Below, piece by piece: positions 46,395 through 55,542 of a stretch of DNA of 57,880 bases. A program made the position numbers and the translations under genes. The notes under the pieces are model-generated. The model saw only the letters and a list, made by a program, of their open reading frames with translations. It searched no databases and had not been told where the DNA came from. Origin of the DNA: a virus. Lineage: Duplodnaviria; Caudoviricetes. How positions within the stretch are numbered: position 1 is the stretch's first letter; every line of letters starts with the position of its first letter. The stretch is from positions 1 through 57,880 of IMG/VR virus record IMGVR_UViG_3300049473_000108; one strand, written 5' to 3'.

Positions 46395-47807
46395 ATGACA
46401 AAAGAACTAATAGTACAGGAAAAAATCAATACGGTAAGGAAGTACATCAATCAACCTTATATTCTGGATCAGCTCAAGGCAGCATTACCCTCTTTTCTTA
46501 CGCCTGCACGGTTCCTGCGTGTGTTTTTCACAGCCATGCTCAGGAATCCCGCCCTTTTGGATTGCAGTAAAGAAAGTATGCTCAGCGCCATGATCGAAAG
46601 CGCTCAGCTCGGTCTCGAACCTATATTACGGAAAGCTGCTTTAGTGCCTTACGGAAAAGAAGTGCAATTCCAGCCTATGTATGGCGGATTAATAGATTTG
46701 GCGAGAAGAACGGGCCGAATAAAAATCACTGGGCATGTAGTATATGAAAAGGATGATTTCAATATCGAATACGGAACCCAAGATCGCCTTCTTCATAAGC
46801 CTTATATGGGAAATGATCCAGGTGTGATGATAGGAGCGTATACAGTATGGACTTTCGAGGATGGATTCCAAACCTTTCTTTTTATGCCTGCACATGAAAT
46901 CTACAAGGTGCGAGCCACATCTAAAGCTTGGCAAAAAGCACAGAGAGAGCCTAAGAATCCAAATGCCCAGGAAACGCCCTGGATTCAGTGGGAAGATCAG
47001 CAATGGGTTAAAACGGTGCTCAAAAGGCACAGCAAGCTTCAGCCATGTTCTATCGAAATGGAAAGAGCCGTGGAATTGGATAACCGCGTGGAAGCTGGAT
47101 TATCTCAGACGGATATACTCGGGAGATTGGGTGAAACTGTAACACCGGAAAAGGAGCCAGAATTGCCGGATATAGAAAAGCTGATTGAGGATTTCGACAA
47201 AGCAATGGCAGATATGGACACAGAAAATGTCAATGCCTTTCTGGACTTGGTTGCAGCTACCCAGGAAGATATGACAAGAGACCAAGTTAAAATCGCCGCC
47301 ATGGTGCAGGGGATAGACGGATTTCGCGAATCCTATATGAAATGGCCTGGATATAAGCCGAAGGAAGAGGCAGGAAGGGATAATGAAGATCCCATCCGCA
47401 AGCTCTATTGGAACCTTAAAGGCTCAGGTTTCAGAAAGTTCGTAATGGATCATCAAAGCGCCATTCTTAGCATGGCCCAGGAATACCAGGATGAGATCAG
47501 GCAAAAATGGGAGCGGATATTCCCTAAGGAACTGTATCCGATCGGCAAGATTGAGACTGGAGATGAGATTATACCAGGAACACCGCCGGGAAGTCCCATT
47601 GTCCAAGAATCCGAAGATGAAAGAATACTAAAGCTTGTCGATGGCGCAGAGATTGAGGATCACCTGGGTGGAAAGGCAATATTCGTAAACTGCCCAAACG
47701 AGGCAAAGGGCGAGAAGCGGACGGTAAAGTGGTGCAACAAGAACTGCCGCGAGCGGAAAGGTTGCCCGACATGGAGCAAATACGATGCAGAGAATCTAAA
47801 GGAATGA
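46395..47807 (+). CDS. recT: RecT-family ssDNA annealing protein with long C-terminal extension
   Basis: ALP..LTP.RF, SAQLGLEP, LVPYG, QFQPMYGGLIDLARRTG, VVYEKDDF, PW..KTVLKR. Confidence 0.85.
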   Translation: MTKELIVQEKINTVRKYINQPYILDQLKAALPSFLTPARFLRVFFTAMLRNPALLDCSKESMLSAMIESAQLGLEPILRKAALVPYGKEVQFQPMYGGLIDLARRTGRIKITGHVVYEKDDFNIEYGTQDRLLHKPYMGNDPGVMIGAYTVWTFEDGFQTFLFMPAHEIYKVRATSKAWQKAQREPKNPNAQETPWIQWEDQQWVKTVLKRHSKLQPCSIEMERAVELDNRVEAGLSQTDILGRLGETVTPEKEPELPDIEKLIEDFDKAMADMDTENVNAFLDLVAATQEDMTRDQVKIAAMVQGIDGFRESYMKWPGYKPKEEAGRDNEDPIRKLYWNLKGSGFRKFVMDHQSAILSMAQEYQDEIRQKWERIFPKELYPIGKIETGDEIIPGTPPGSPIVQESEDERILKLVDGAEIEDHLGGKAIFVNCPNEAKGEKRTVKWCNKNCRERKGCPTWSKYDAENLKE

Positions 47808-48289
47808 AACTCCCCTACGCTGAAAGTATAGTAAATCGATTTTGGTTAAAGGTAGATAAGAAAAGTCCTTATGCCTGTTGGGAATGGCGAGGTGCATTGA
47901 GGAATGGATATGGAAATTTAGCAAAAGGATCAAGAGGAAGCGGCACAGAGTATGCACATCGAATATCTTGGCAAATTCATAACGGATCGATTCCGCCTAG
48001 ATTATGTGTTTTACATATTTGTGACAATCGAAAGTGCGTTAACCCCTTTCATTTATTTTTGGGCACAAAAAAAGATAACACTCAAGACATGATTTCAAAA
48101 AGTCGGACAAATGGCCCCGCAGGAGAAAGAAACCATAAGGCCAAATTAAAAAGCAGCGATGTCAAAAAAATTAGGCAGCTTTTTAGTCTAGGAATCACTC
48201 GGGATGAATTGCAATCGATTTATCCGATCATAGATCGATCAAGCCTTAATGCCATTTTGAGAATGGCAACTTGGAAGCATCTAATATGA
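47804..48289 (+). CDS. HNH homing endonuclease (start MKLPYAE)
   Basis: RFWLKVDK..CWEWRG..GYG; AHRISW; VLHICDNRKCVNP.HLFLGT..DN. Confidence 0.9.
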   Translation: MKLPYAESIVNRFWLKVDKKSPYACWEWRGALRNGYGNLAKGSRGSGTEYAHRISWQIHNGSIPPRLCVLHICDNRKCVNPFHLFLGTKKDNTQDMISKSRTNGPAGERNHKAKLKSSDVKKIRQLFSLGITRDELQSIYPIIDRSSLNAILRMATWKHLI

Positions 48290-48711
48290 AATTACCTTAT
48301 GCCGAAAGAATTAATTATTGGATGACCTCCCGCACCTCGCCAGACACCTGGATAGAAAAAGCCAAGAATCAAATCGAGAAACTTGGCGGCAGGATACTCG
48401 CCGAAGGTTTTGGGAAGGATGCGGAAGGAAATGCAGCTTATCTCCTGGGCTTTGAGATACATGGAACCAAATTTAAGGCCATATGGCCCGTACTTCCCAC
48501 GGAAACAGGAAATGAAAAAGCGGCCCGAATACAGGCGGCCACGATGCTTTATCACGATATCAAAGCTAAGTGCATCGAGGCTACGGTGAAAGGCGCAAGG
48601 GTTGCCTTTTTTGAATACCTTTTATTGTCAGATGGAAGGACAGCGGCGCATGCCAGCGAGAAGGAACTATTGGAAGGCATCCCTAAACAACTGCTGATTG
48701 CAGAGGAGTGA
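48286..48711 (+). CDS. Conserved hypothetical phage protein (start MKLPYAE)
   Basis: ATGA coupling; 141 aa. Confidence 0.65.
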   Translation: MKLPYAERINYWMTSRTSPDTWIEKAKNQIEKLGGRILAEGFGKDAEGNAAYLLGFEIHGTKFKAIWPVLPTETGNEKAARIQAATMLYHDIKAKCIEATVKGARVAFFEYLLLSDGRTAAHASEKELLEGIPKQLLIAEE

Positions 48712-48712
48712 A

Positions 48713-49030
48713 ATGAAAGATTTCACAGCAAGGATAGATAAAAAGAGCGAACGCGCTCAAGATTGGGAGCAGATATTCGGCACAGATGAAATCAATATCA
48801 AGTCGCCCATTCCGATACGCGTAAACGTGCCTAATCATCCGAACACATTGGCCTACGAGCTCGACCTAAAGCTTATAACAAAAGAGCAGAAAGCGAGACT
48901 TATAGAGCACATAGCGAGACGTTTTAATATACCGAAGCAGGAAGTCGAAAAGGACTTGGAAAGCATAGGCGTTCCGATACTCACAGACGACGTGATTGTC
49001 ACCGTTCATAATCCACAAAAGTGGATTTGA
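48713..49030 (+). CDS. Hypothetical protein
   Basis: GAGGAG RBS. Confidence 0.6.
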   Translation: MKDFTARIDKKSERAQDWEQIFGTDEINIKSPIPIRVNVPNHPNTLAYELDLKLITKEQKARLIEHIARRFNIPKQEVEKDLESIGVPILTDDVIVTVHNPQKWI

Positions 49031-49095
49031 TGTTGACCCTTTCCCTCCAAAATACTATTCCTACCTTCTATCACCGACAGAAGGAGGGAATAGCT

Positions 49096-50145
49096 ATGCC
49101 CGCCACGATAACGCCGCGTGGTTATATTCGCGTTGTGCATCACGGCTTCGACGGAACCTTGACGGCTTGGAGGAATAAAAAGCTTTCCGAGCACCCCGAT
49201 ATAACCAAAATGCTTTGCGGGCTCTTTAACAGTCTCATCCTCGTGGGTAATTTCAAAGTGGAGGACTGGTTCCCTAAGGAGAGATCTAAAGTCCTTGTTA
49301 AGAATCTCGTCTGGACATGGCTTGGGCATAAGAGGAAAAGGCCGGCCACAATCGAGACGCAAGGCTATGTCCTCAGGCGTTATATCTTGCCAGCGATAGG
49401 GCCAAAAAGCATCAAAGAGCTTACTAGACACGATTTCTGGTGGATAAGAGAAAATCACGGCGATACTGCTATGGCTTTGAGAATACGCCGTGTCGCTCAA
49501 GCTTTCCTCAATTGGTGCTGGCGGGAAGGCATGATGGACAGGCAGCTTTTTCTGCCCACAATTTCGGTACAAAAAAAGCCAACCCCTTTCATCGAACTAA
49601 AGGATAGGCAAAGCATATACACTAGGATTGATGCACGATTTAAAGATGCTTTCCTTCTTAGCCTGGAAATGGGCATGAGAGTGGGAGAAATCGTTGCCCT
49701 CAAATGGGATGCCACAGACTTCGAAAGGGGCCGCATCCGGATCATAAGATCCCTTTCTGGACAGCAAGTTGTCGACATGCCCAAAGGTGGAGACGAAGTA
49801 TGGCTTCCCATGACTGGACGGATTAAGGCTATGCTTCTGAGAAGGAGGCAAGAAAGGAAATCGCACTGGGTATTCCCGGGCATCAGGGGAAACCATATCT
49901 GGCCTTATGATATGAGGCAAGCCTTCAAGAAGGCAGCAAGGGAATGCGGAATGCCCCAGGCCAAGCTGCACCATTGCAGACATTCTTTCGCACAGGACAT
50001 GATAGACGAAGGGCGTTCGTTGGAGGAAGTGAGTGCTCTCTTAGGCCACAGCAGCATCTTGACCACGGAGAGGGCATATAAGGGAAGGGGAATAAGGAGC
50101 TTGGGAAGGATTGAGAGGATAAGAAAACATGAAATATCCAACTAG
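49096..50145 (+). CDS. int: Tyrosine integrase/recombinase (start MPATIT)
   Basis: GMRVGE, PK, HHCRHSFA, LLGH and TERAY catalytic residues; AAGGAGG RBS. Confidence 0.88.
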   Translation: MPATITPRGYIRVVHHGFDGTLTAWRNKKLSEHPDITKMLCGLFNSLILVGNFKVEDWFPKERSKVLVKNLVWTWLGHKRKRPATIETQGYVLRRYILPAIGPKSIKELTRHDFWWIRENHGDTAMALRIRRVAQAFLNWCWREGMMDRQLFLPTISVQKKPTPFIELKDRQSIYTRIDARFKDAFLLSLEMGMRVGEIVALKWDATDFERGRIRIIRSLSGQQVVDMPKGGDEVWLPMTGRIKAMLLRRRQERKSHWVFPGIRGNHIWPYDMRQAFKKAARECGMPQAKLHHCRHSFAQDMIDEGRSLEEVSALLGHSSILTTERAYKGRGIRSLGRIERIRKHEISN

Positions 50146-50380
50146 ATGCAGAATAGTTGACGTGAGCGGCAATGAAGTTTTCCCTGGCTTAACCGCAAAT
50201 ACTCCTGAAATTAGCAAGCCGCATATCGGGAAATTAGGATTAGCTGAAAAAATCAATGACATAGTTCGTATCACACTTGACGATGGTAATCTTTTATATG
50301 GCTATGAATGTTGGTGGGAACCGATAATTCCAGAACCATCCCCGGACAAAGATCCTGAAAGCCTTAATGGGGAGGGTTGA
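50129..50380 (+). CDS. Hypothetical protein
   Basis: 83-aa ORF with ITLDDG.LLYGYECWW motif. Confidence 0.55.
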   Translation: MKYPTRCRIVDVSGNEVFPGLTANTPEISKPHIGKLGLAEKINDIVRITLDDGNLLYGYECWWEPIIPEPSPDKDPESLNGEG

Positions 50381-50401
50381 GAGGATGAGGAGGAAACAGA
50401 T

Positions 50402-50626
50402 ATGTATGAAAAGCGAATAGGCAAGATTTTGATAACATCTGGACTACGCAAACCCAGCAAAAACAAAATTTATCCAACCTGTAAAATATGTGGTGTAAAA
50501 ATAAAAGAGGACGATCTGACAGTTACGATACATAAAGTTGGAGAATATCCCACAGAATTACACAAAAATTGTGCAGGTCGACTAATAGACGTTTTAAAAG
50601 GCGCAGTGATAGGGGCATCTCCGTAA
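50402..50626 (+). CDS. Small Zn-binding protein
   Basis: CKIC...HKNC; GAGGAGG RBS. Confidence 0.55.
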   Translation: MYEKRIGKILITSGLRKPSKNKIYPTCKICGVKIKEDDLTVTIHKVGEYPTELHKNCAGRLIDVLKGAVIGASP

Positions 50627-50738
50627 ATTGGTTCTGAAAGCCGCAGTGGATAAGCACTAATCAAGTCTGTGTTAGTACTGATTTTTTGAGGTAAATTGTT
50701 GATATGGCTAATATTATTTTCAGGAGGGCTTCGGAAAA

Positions 50739-50993
50739 ATGAAAATGCCAAGGGAAAGATATTTGACCGACAATACTTTCAAGACTTTAGTGGACGTAAT
50801 GGTAGCCCATATCCAAGAATGCCATTTCACGCCATCAGAAATGAGGGATGCTGCTATACTCGCCTCGATCATGTATGAAGAAAGATCAATTCGCAAAATA
50901 ATTGTACCTAAAATTCCAGAGGTAATTGAAGAATGCTTAGATGCGCTCCATGAATGGGAAAAGAAATGGCTGAAAGATGGAAAGATAGAATAG
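50739..50993 (+). CDS. Hypothetical protein
   Basis: RY..D..F..LVD...FTPSEMRDAA.LA phage motif. Confidence 0.55.
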   Translation: MKMPRERYLTDNTFKTLVDVMVAHIQECHFTPSEMRDAAILASIMYEERSIRKIIVPKIPEVIEECLDALHEWEKKWLKDGKIE

Positions 50994-51058
50994 ATTAAGC
51001 TGTTGATATGGCTATAGATTTTTTCAGAAAGGCTTCGGAAAAGTAGGGAACTGCCCTT

Positions 51059-51289
51059 ATGGCTAAACTAATAGCAATAGTCCTAACTTTAGCTTTTCTC
51101 ACAGGCTGCGCCCATGGTAATACTGGTCCTCAGTGGGCGGTATGGACCCATTCCGAGGATAAGGAGGAATGCGAGATTAAATCTGTCTTCTGGATGGCTG
51201 TAAGTACGGCGATAGTGATTTACCTGGTTGAAAGGAATCACAAAAGGCACTTACGTGAGAAGAACGTGAGGATCGAAAGGCAGGAGTAA
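51059..51289 (+). CDS. Putative lipoprotein with a second TM helix
   Basis: LTGC lipobox; VFWMAVSTAIVIYLV. Confidence 0.55.
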   Translation: MAKLIAIVLTLAFLTGCAHGNTGPQWAVWTHSEDKEECEIKSVFWMAVSTAIVIYLVERNHKRHLREKNVRIERQE

Positions 51290-51294
51290 ATTCT

Positions 51295-51843
51295 GTGGAA
51301 GATAAAGGAATCAAGTGGCTAAGCGTAAAAGATGAACTACCAGAATCAGGCACGTGGGGCAGTATGAGGGTTCTTGTTTATTCCCCTTTGCGCGGAATAG
51401 AAATAGGATATTTGTGGGGCAATGAATGGCGCACAGATTCCGGCGCAAACATCACCAAAAAGATTACGCATTGGGCATGCCTGCCTCCTAAGCCAGAAAA
51501 GGAGGACTCGGTTATGAACGAAAACTTAATCCCCGGACTTTCCGTCCTTTTACCCCTTAGTGCGGAGAGAAAATTGCTATTAAAAGACATAGCCGAAATC
51601 AAAATGTCCATGCGATTGTCTAATGCTCTTCGATATGCTGGGATACGGTGTTTAGCAGAGATCGTGATAAGAGAACGCTCAGATTTATTGCGCCTAAAAA
51701 ATTTCGAACGTCGATCTCTAAGAGAACTGGAGGCAATACTAAGCAGTCATAATTTAAGTCTCCAGCCTTACGGGAAAGGTCTGAGAATGGCTTTGCTGAG
51801 AAGCATGGGAAAATCAGGCGTTCCAGAGACAAATGAATTATAA
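51295..51843 (+). CDS. DUF551-like domain fused to RNA polymerase alpha-CTD-like domain
   Basis: WLSVKDELP..ITHWACLP.KP; IAEIKMSMRLSNALRYAGIRCLAEIV....DLLRLKNF.RRSL.EL..IL. Confidence 0.7.
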   Translation: MEDKGIKWLSVKDELPESGTWGSMRVLVYSPLRGIEIGYLWGNEWRTDSGANITKKITHWACLPPKPEKEDSVMNENLIPGLSVLLPLSAERKLLLKDIAEIKMSMRLSNALRYAGIRCLAEIVIRERSDLLRLKNFERRSLRELEAILSSHNLSLQPYGKGLRMALLRSMGKSGVPETNEL

Positions 51844-52011
51844 ATCTGGAATATCCCCAACATCGCGCTCGAAAAACCTAATGCGTTCCGCCTCAAACTC
51901 TTCTTTTATCTGCTCCTCCGTCATGCCTGCGAGCCTGGCCTTCTCAAGGTAAATCTGCAACAGTACCTTGGCCGCTTCCGCAGCAGCGGCTGCTATCATC
52001 TCTGCACTCAT
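51838..52011 (-). CDS. Small protein (57 aa) at end of the late operon
   Basis: AGGAGG RBS; MSAEMIAAAAAEAAKVLLQIYLEKARLAG... Confidence 0.55.
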   Translation of the reverse strand: MSAEMIAAAAAEAAKVLLQIYLEKARLAGMTEEQIKEEFEAERIRFFERDVGDIPDL

Positions 52012-52017
52012 AATCTG

Positions 52018-52374
52018 CTAACCTCCTAATGCTACCATCTGATTCAAGATTGCCGTTATTTCCTGCTCCTGTTCTGCACTGGGAGTTTGCCCCATGTCCA
52101 CTATAGTCACATAAGCCGCAATTAATGGCTTGGATTTGGCGAGAAATTCCTTTTTCTTCCTTACCATTTCCTTCTGTGCATCGGTCAAATTTGGCATCAG
52201 GGCCATGGCCTTTGTATCGTCGTACTGTACATTCCACAGATGCATGAAATGAATAGCCTTTTCCTGAGCAGTCATGGGTTTAGTTGTCTGGAACATAGCG
52301 CATCCTGCCAGTGCAGACATGGCAATGAGGCTTAGCAAAAGACCCAGAAGCAATCCTTTTCTTAGTCTTGACAT
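52018..52374 (-). CDS. Lipoprotein, possible spanin component
   Basis: Signal peptide with LAGC lipobox; helical body; next to holin-like genes. Confidence 0.65.
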   Translation of the reverse strand: MSRLRKGLLLGLLLSLIAMSALAGCAMFQTTKPMTAQEKAIHFMHLWNVQYDDTKAMALMPNLTDAQKEMVRKKKEFLAKSKPLIAAYVTIVDMGQTPSAEQEQEITAILNQMVALGG

Positions 52375-52388
52375 TGTATTTGTCCTTC

Positions 52389-52568
52389 CTACTTATTGTT
52401 TTTTACTAGATTCTCACCTACAACCATGCCAGCTAGGGCACCAATGATAGCATTTACATATTGACCCGCTTCGGTGGGCATCCTCCACAGCATGATTATG
52501 GCGAGTGCTAGTAGGGCGATAATGACCTGAGTTTTATCGTCCAACCAGTCGAGAAACATTTGCAACAC
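52389..52568 (-). CDS. Putative two-TM holin (59 aa)
   Basis: GGAGGTG RBS, GTG start; VIIALLALAIIMLW and YVNAIIGALAGMVVG helices; basic tail. Confidence 0.55.
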   Translation of the reverse strand: MLQMFLDWLDDKTQVIIALLALAIIMLWRMPTEAGQYVNAIIGALAGMVVGENLVKNNK

Positions 52569-52588
52569 TTTTTGTCACCTCCCCCCGA

Positions 52589-52786
52589 TTAAAAATTCCC
52601 GATTCTCCACTTAATCAAAAGGATGACCAGGTTCGCGATAATACCGCCTAATATGACAAGCATCAATTTCTGATTATTGTCCCATTTCTTCCGAAGCGCC
52701 TTTACATTCTCCTCACAGGATTCGATTCGGGCTATTAGACCGGAATGAGCTTTGCAAACTGTATTATTAGTCTTATTGGGATCCAT
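52589..52786 (-). CDS. Coiled coil plus C-terminal TM protein (XhlA/holin-associated type)
   Basis: ARIESCEENVKAL then LMLVILGGIIANLVILLI. Confidence 0.6.
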   Translation of the reverse strand: MDPNKTNNTVCKAHSGLIARIESCEENVKALRKKWDNNQKLMLVILGGIIANLVILLIKWRIGNF

Positions 52787-52789
52787 TTT

Positions 52790-53134
52790 TCAGGTCACCG
52801 CCACTAAGTTATCCACAATGAATTTGGCACTGGCTTTTAAAGGGAGATCGCTACCTAGCGCCGAGTCGTATTTAGTATTTACAGTCAGAATGCGAATACC
52901 TTTTGTTTCGCCTGCACTTAAGGCTAAATCGTCCCCCTTGAGCACAATGTCAACGGAAGTGCCTGGAGTTTCGACCACATCTTCCCTGCTATTAATGACA
53001 TTACCATCCTGATCGGTCAGGGTCCATTTGACCTCGTTAGGGGTCGCAGCATTGCCATCTTCGTCTTTAAAACTTGCAGTGACAATGAATGTCGCTTCCT
53101 CCACGGCGTGCGTGGTCAGAAGAACTGTCGCCAT
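52790..53134 (-). CDS. Ig-like / BppU-like structural protein
   Basis: FKDEDGNA.TP..VKWTLTD.DG.VI beta-sandwich pattern. Confidence 0.55.
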   Translation of the reverse strand: MATVLLTTHAVEEATFIVTASFKDEDGNAATPNEVKWTLTDQDGNVINSREDVVETPGTSVDIVLKGDDLALSAGETKGIRILTVNTKYDSALGSDLPLKASAKFIVDNLVAVT

Positions 53135-53158
53135 TTATACCCTCCGTTAGCGCTTCTA

Positions 53159-53719
53159 TTAAGCGCCGTCATCGCTAGCTGAAAGCGTATAGGTTACGCT
53201 CAGGGTATCGTCGTCCTCAACTGGTTTTGATGAGGAGAACTTACAGGAGCAGAATAAGGTTCCACCTCCTGCGGTGTTGCCCTTCGTGCTCGGGGCACTA
53301 CCACCGCCAACCAGGGCTGCCCCATAGATGGTCTTCGTAGCATTGAATGTAAAGACGGCTTTATTTGCGCTATTGGTAATAGACTGACCAGAAGCAGCGG
53401 CTTCAACATATTCAGGCCTTGTTCCTTCATCGTAAGCGGTGCACTCGGTATAGCCCGGGCTGGCGTATGTATGTGTAGCCAAGGGCGTAGTATCGCTTTC
53501 AAAAATGGCAACATACCAGGTAGTGATCTGCGTGGAGGCATGAAACATGATATTGAGAAGAGCATTCAAGCCTTCGTTGACCACTAGGTTTCTGGCTATT
53601 TCGGTCCATTTAATGTTGCCGTATTTATCTCGGCATGTTATGTGAAAGCGGCCCCCGAACAGGGCGCCTGCCCGCAGCCCGAAGATTTGAAGCATTTTGC
53701 CTATAGCCCAATTTTTCAT
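53159..53719 (-). CDS. Tail-fibre-associated structural protein
   Basis: NLVVNEGLN.LL, ITNSANKAVFT and DTLSVTYTLS motifs. Confidence 0.6.
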   Translation of the reverse strand: MKNWAIGKMLQIFGLRAGALFGGRFHITCRDKYGNIKWTEIARNLVVNEGLNALLNIMFHASTQITTWYVAIFESDTTPLATHTYASPGYTECTAYDEGTRPEYVEAAASGQSITNSANKAVFTFNATKTIYGAALVGGGSAPSTKGNTAGGGTLFCSCKFSSSKPVEDDDTLSVTYTLSASDDGA

Positions 53720-53734
53720 CGACGTCCTCCAATA

Positions 53735-54967
53735 CTATTGAAAGTTTATTCCTGGCTTCCTTGCTGTAAAATCAATACCTGGAACCTTGACTCTAAATTC
53801 TATTTTGGCTCCTCTGGCAGAGAGTGTAATGGAGAGTTCGCCTGTCGCCGTGAACCAATACGTAATATCGCCCGTCTTGAATCCGTCTGAAATAGCAGCG
53901 AGAAAGGCCATTAGCGTGCCAAGGGTATCTCCTAAATTCAGCCCGTCCAGAACCTCGACTTCAAAAACATTAGCGTAGTGCGGGGCATCTCCCATAGTTG
54001 CCCCATCAAGGATATTGGCAAGCAGCGCAGCTATTCTCGATGGAACATCCCCTGTTGAAAGGCCGTCACTAAGTATACCTTGAAGTGCAGCGACCTTGGC
54101 GGGAACATCGCTCCCTGTGAGGCCATCACTAAGTTGACCTTGGAATGCCGCTTGTCTCAGCAGAATTTCTCCCATACTCAGGCCATCAGATACCTCAGCC
54201 TCATAAGCCTCGCCTACACCGTAAATACCTTGCCTTATCTGATCTATCTCGTCAGTCGTTAGAAGATCCTTAAAAATTACGACTTCATCAATAATCCCAT
54301 CAAACCCATAAAAATATGAACCACTACTTAATGCGGCCCCTATACAAAAAGCTGCATTTTCAATACTCATTTGCTGCCCCAGATCATCGCTATCAGTATC
54401 CAAACCACCGCTTTGAAGAATGGCTCCGGCGTTATCATCCCATATCCTAGTTTTAACATTTCCCTTGCCATCGCCGCCCCCATCATTATCATAAATTATA
54501 CCAACGTGATACCATTGGCCATCAACACATACGCCTGCGTGTTCAGAGGAAACGTACCTATCGCCATTATCGTATCCAATTAAAACTTCGATTAAATTTC
54601 CACTCGTCATCCTAATACCCCATACCCGTTTTCCGCCGACATCATATTTTGCAACTATGTATTGGGACTGGATGGAGCTTTCTGCCTTAATCCAGAAGCA
54701 CACTGAAAAATCAGGATTGGCTTCTCCACTTTTCCCAGGAAAACCAGAATCTAAATTGGCATCGGCAATACTGAAATATTCGCTATTATTATATTCACAA
54801 TCTGCTGAATAAGTACCCTCTTTCTCATCTTCGCTTCTCGTGACAGTATTGTTGTCAGTCATATCATTGCTGCCCTTTTCATCATCAAGAACACCCGAGG
54901 TAGGCCAATCATTTTCGAACGTGTAGAGAGCTACACAATTTGCATCGCCTGAGAACTTATTCGCCAC
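53735..54967 (-). CDS. LamG/concanavalin-like lectin domain plus six 20-aa repeats (fibre-like)
   Basis: FSVCFWIK, QWYHVGIIYD, FDGIIDEVVIF..LT.DEI; repeats of xSDGLxxGD. Confidence 0.75.
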   Translation of the reverse strand: MANKFSGDANCVALYTFENDWPTSGVLDDEKGSNDMTDNNTVTRSEDEKEGTYSADCEYNNSEYFSIADANLDSGFPGKSGEANPDFSVCFWIKAESSIQSQYIVAKYDVGGKRVWGIRMTSGNLIEVLIGYDNGDRYVSSEHAGVCVDGQWYHVGIIYDNDGGGDGKGNVKTRIWDDNAGAILQSGGLDTDSDDLGQQMSIENAAFCIGAALSSGSYFYGFDGIIDEVVIFKDLLTTDEIDQIRQGIYGVGEAYEAEVSDGLSMGEILLRQAAFQGQLSDGLTGSDVPAKVAALQGILSDGLSTGDVPSRIAALLANILDGATMGDAPHYANVFEVEVLDGLNLGDTLGTLMAFLAAISDGFKTGDITYWFTATGELSITLSARGAKIEFRVKVPGIDFTARKPGINFQ

Positions 54968-54970
54968 GGT

Positions 54971-55420
54971 TTAGACTTCCTCTTCCTCGATAATGAACCA
55001 TTCGTCCCAAATGCCTACCCGCTTTTCAGGTCCTTCATGATGCTGGTAGACCCAGTGGTTGCCCTCGTGTCCATATCCATCGGGGCCAAGTTTTTCCCTC
55101 CATAGCTCAAATTGCAAAATCCAGCCAGGTCCACTGGGACCTGTATAGCCCCCAACGGAAACGTGTATTGGAAATTTGACATCCCTTTTGAAGGTTGCCG
55201 AATCGAAGTCATTCCAACTGTACGCCTGGTCATCGGGCTTAAGACCATATTGGATGTCGGCTAGTGTACTGCCATCAAGGGTTCCCACCGCTGGCGTTCT
55301 TAGTCCCTGGAAATATCGTTTGTACTTCGTGAAAAACTCGGCTTGTTTATTCCTGATAGTGAGAATCATGCTTTCTGCAAAGGTCTGAATAGTTCCGTAA
55401 TTCGGATGCTCGGTAAACAT
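54971..55420 (-). CDS. Hypothetical protein
   Basis: 149 aa; AGGAG RBS; YTGPSGPGW motif. Confidence 0.6.
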   Translation of the reverse strand: MFTEHPNYGTIQTFAESMILTIRNKQAEFFTKYKRYFQGLRTPAVGTLDGSTLADIQYGLKPDDQAYSWNDFDSATFKRDVKFPIHVSVGGYTGPSGPGWILQFELWREKLGPDGYGHEGNHWVYQHHEGPEKRVGIWDEWFIIEEEEV

Positions 55421-55542
55421 AAGCTTTTCTCCTTCCTTGTAATGCCTATAAAAAAGCCCCGTTTTCTCAACGAGGCTTTCAAGCGCTGCCGAGTCCTTCC
55501 CTGCGCTTTAAAAGAGGCAGGAAAAAGTTGATTTCTTTTATT

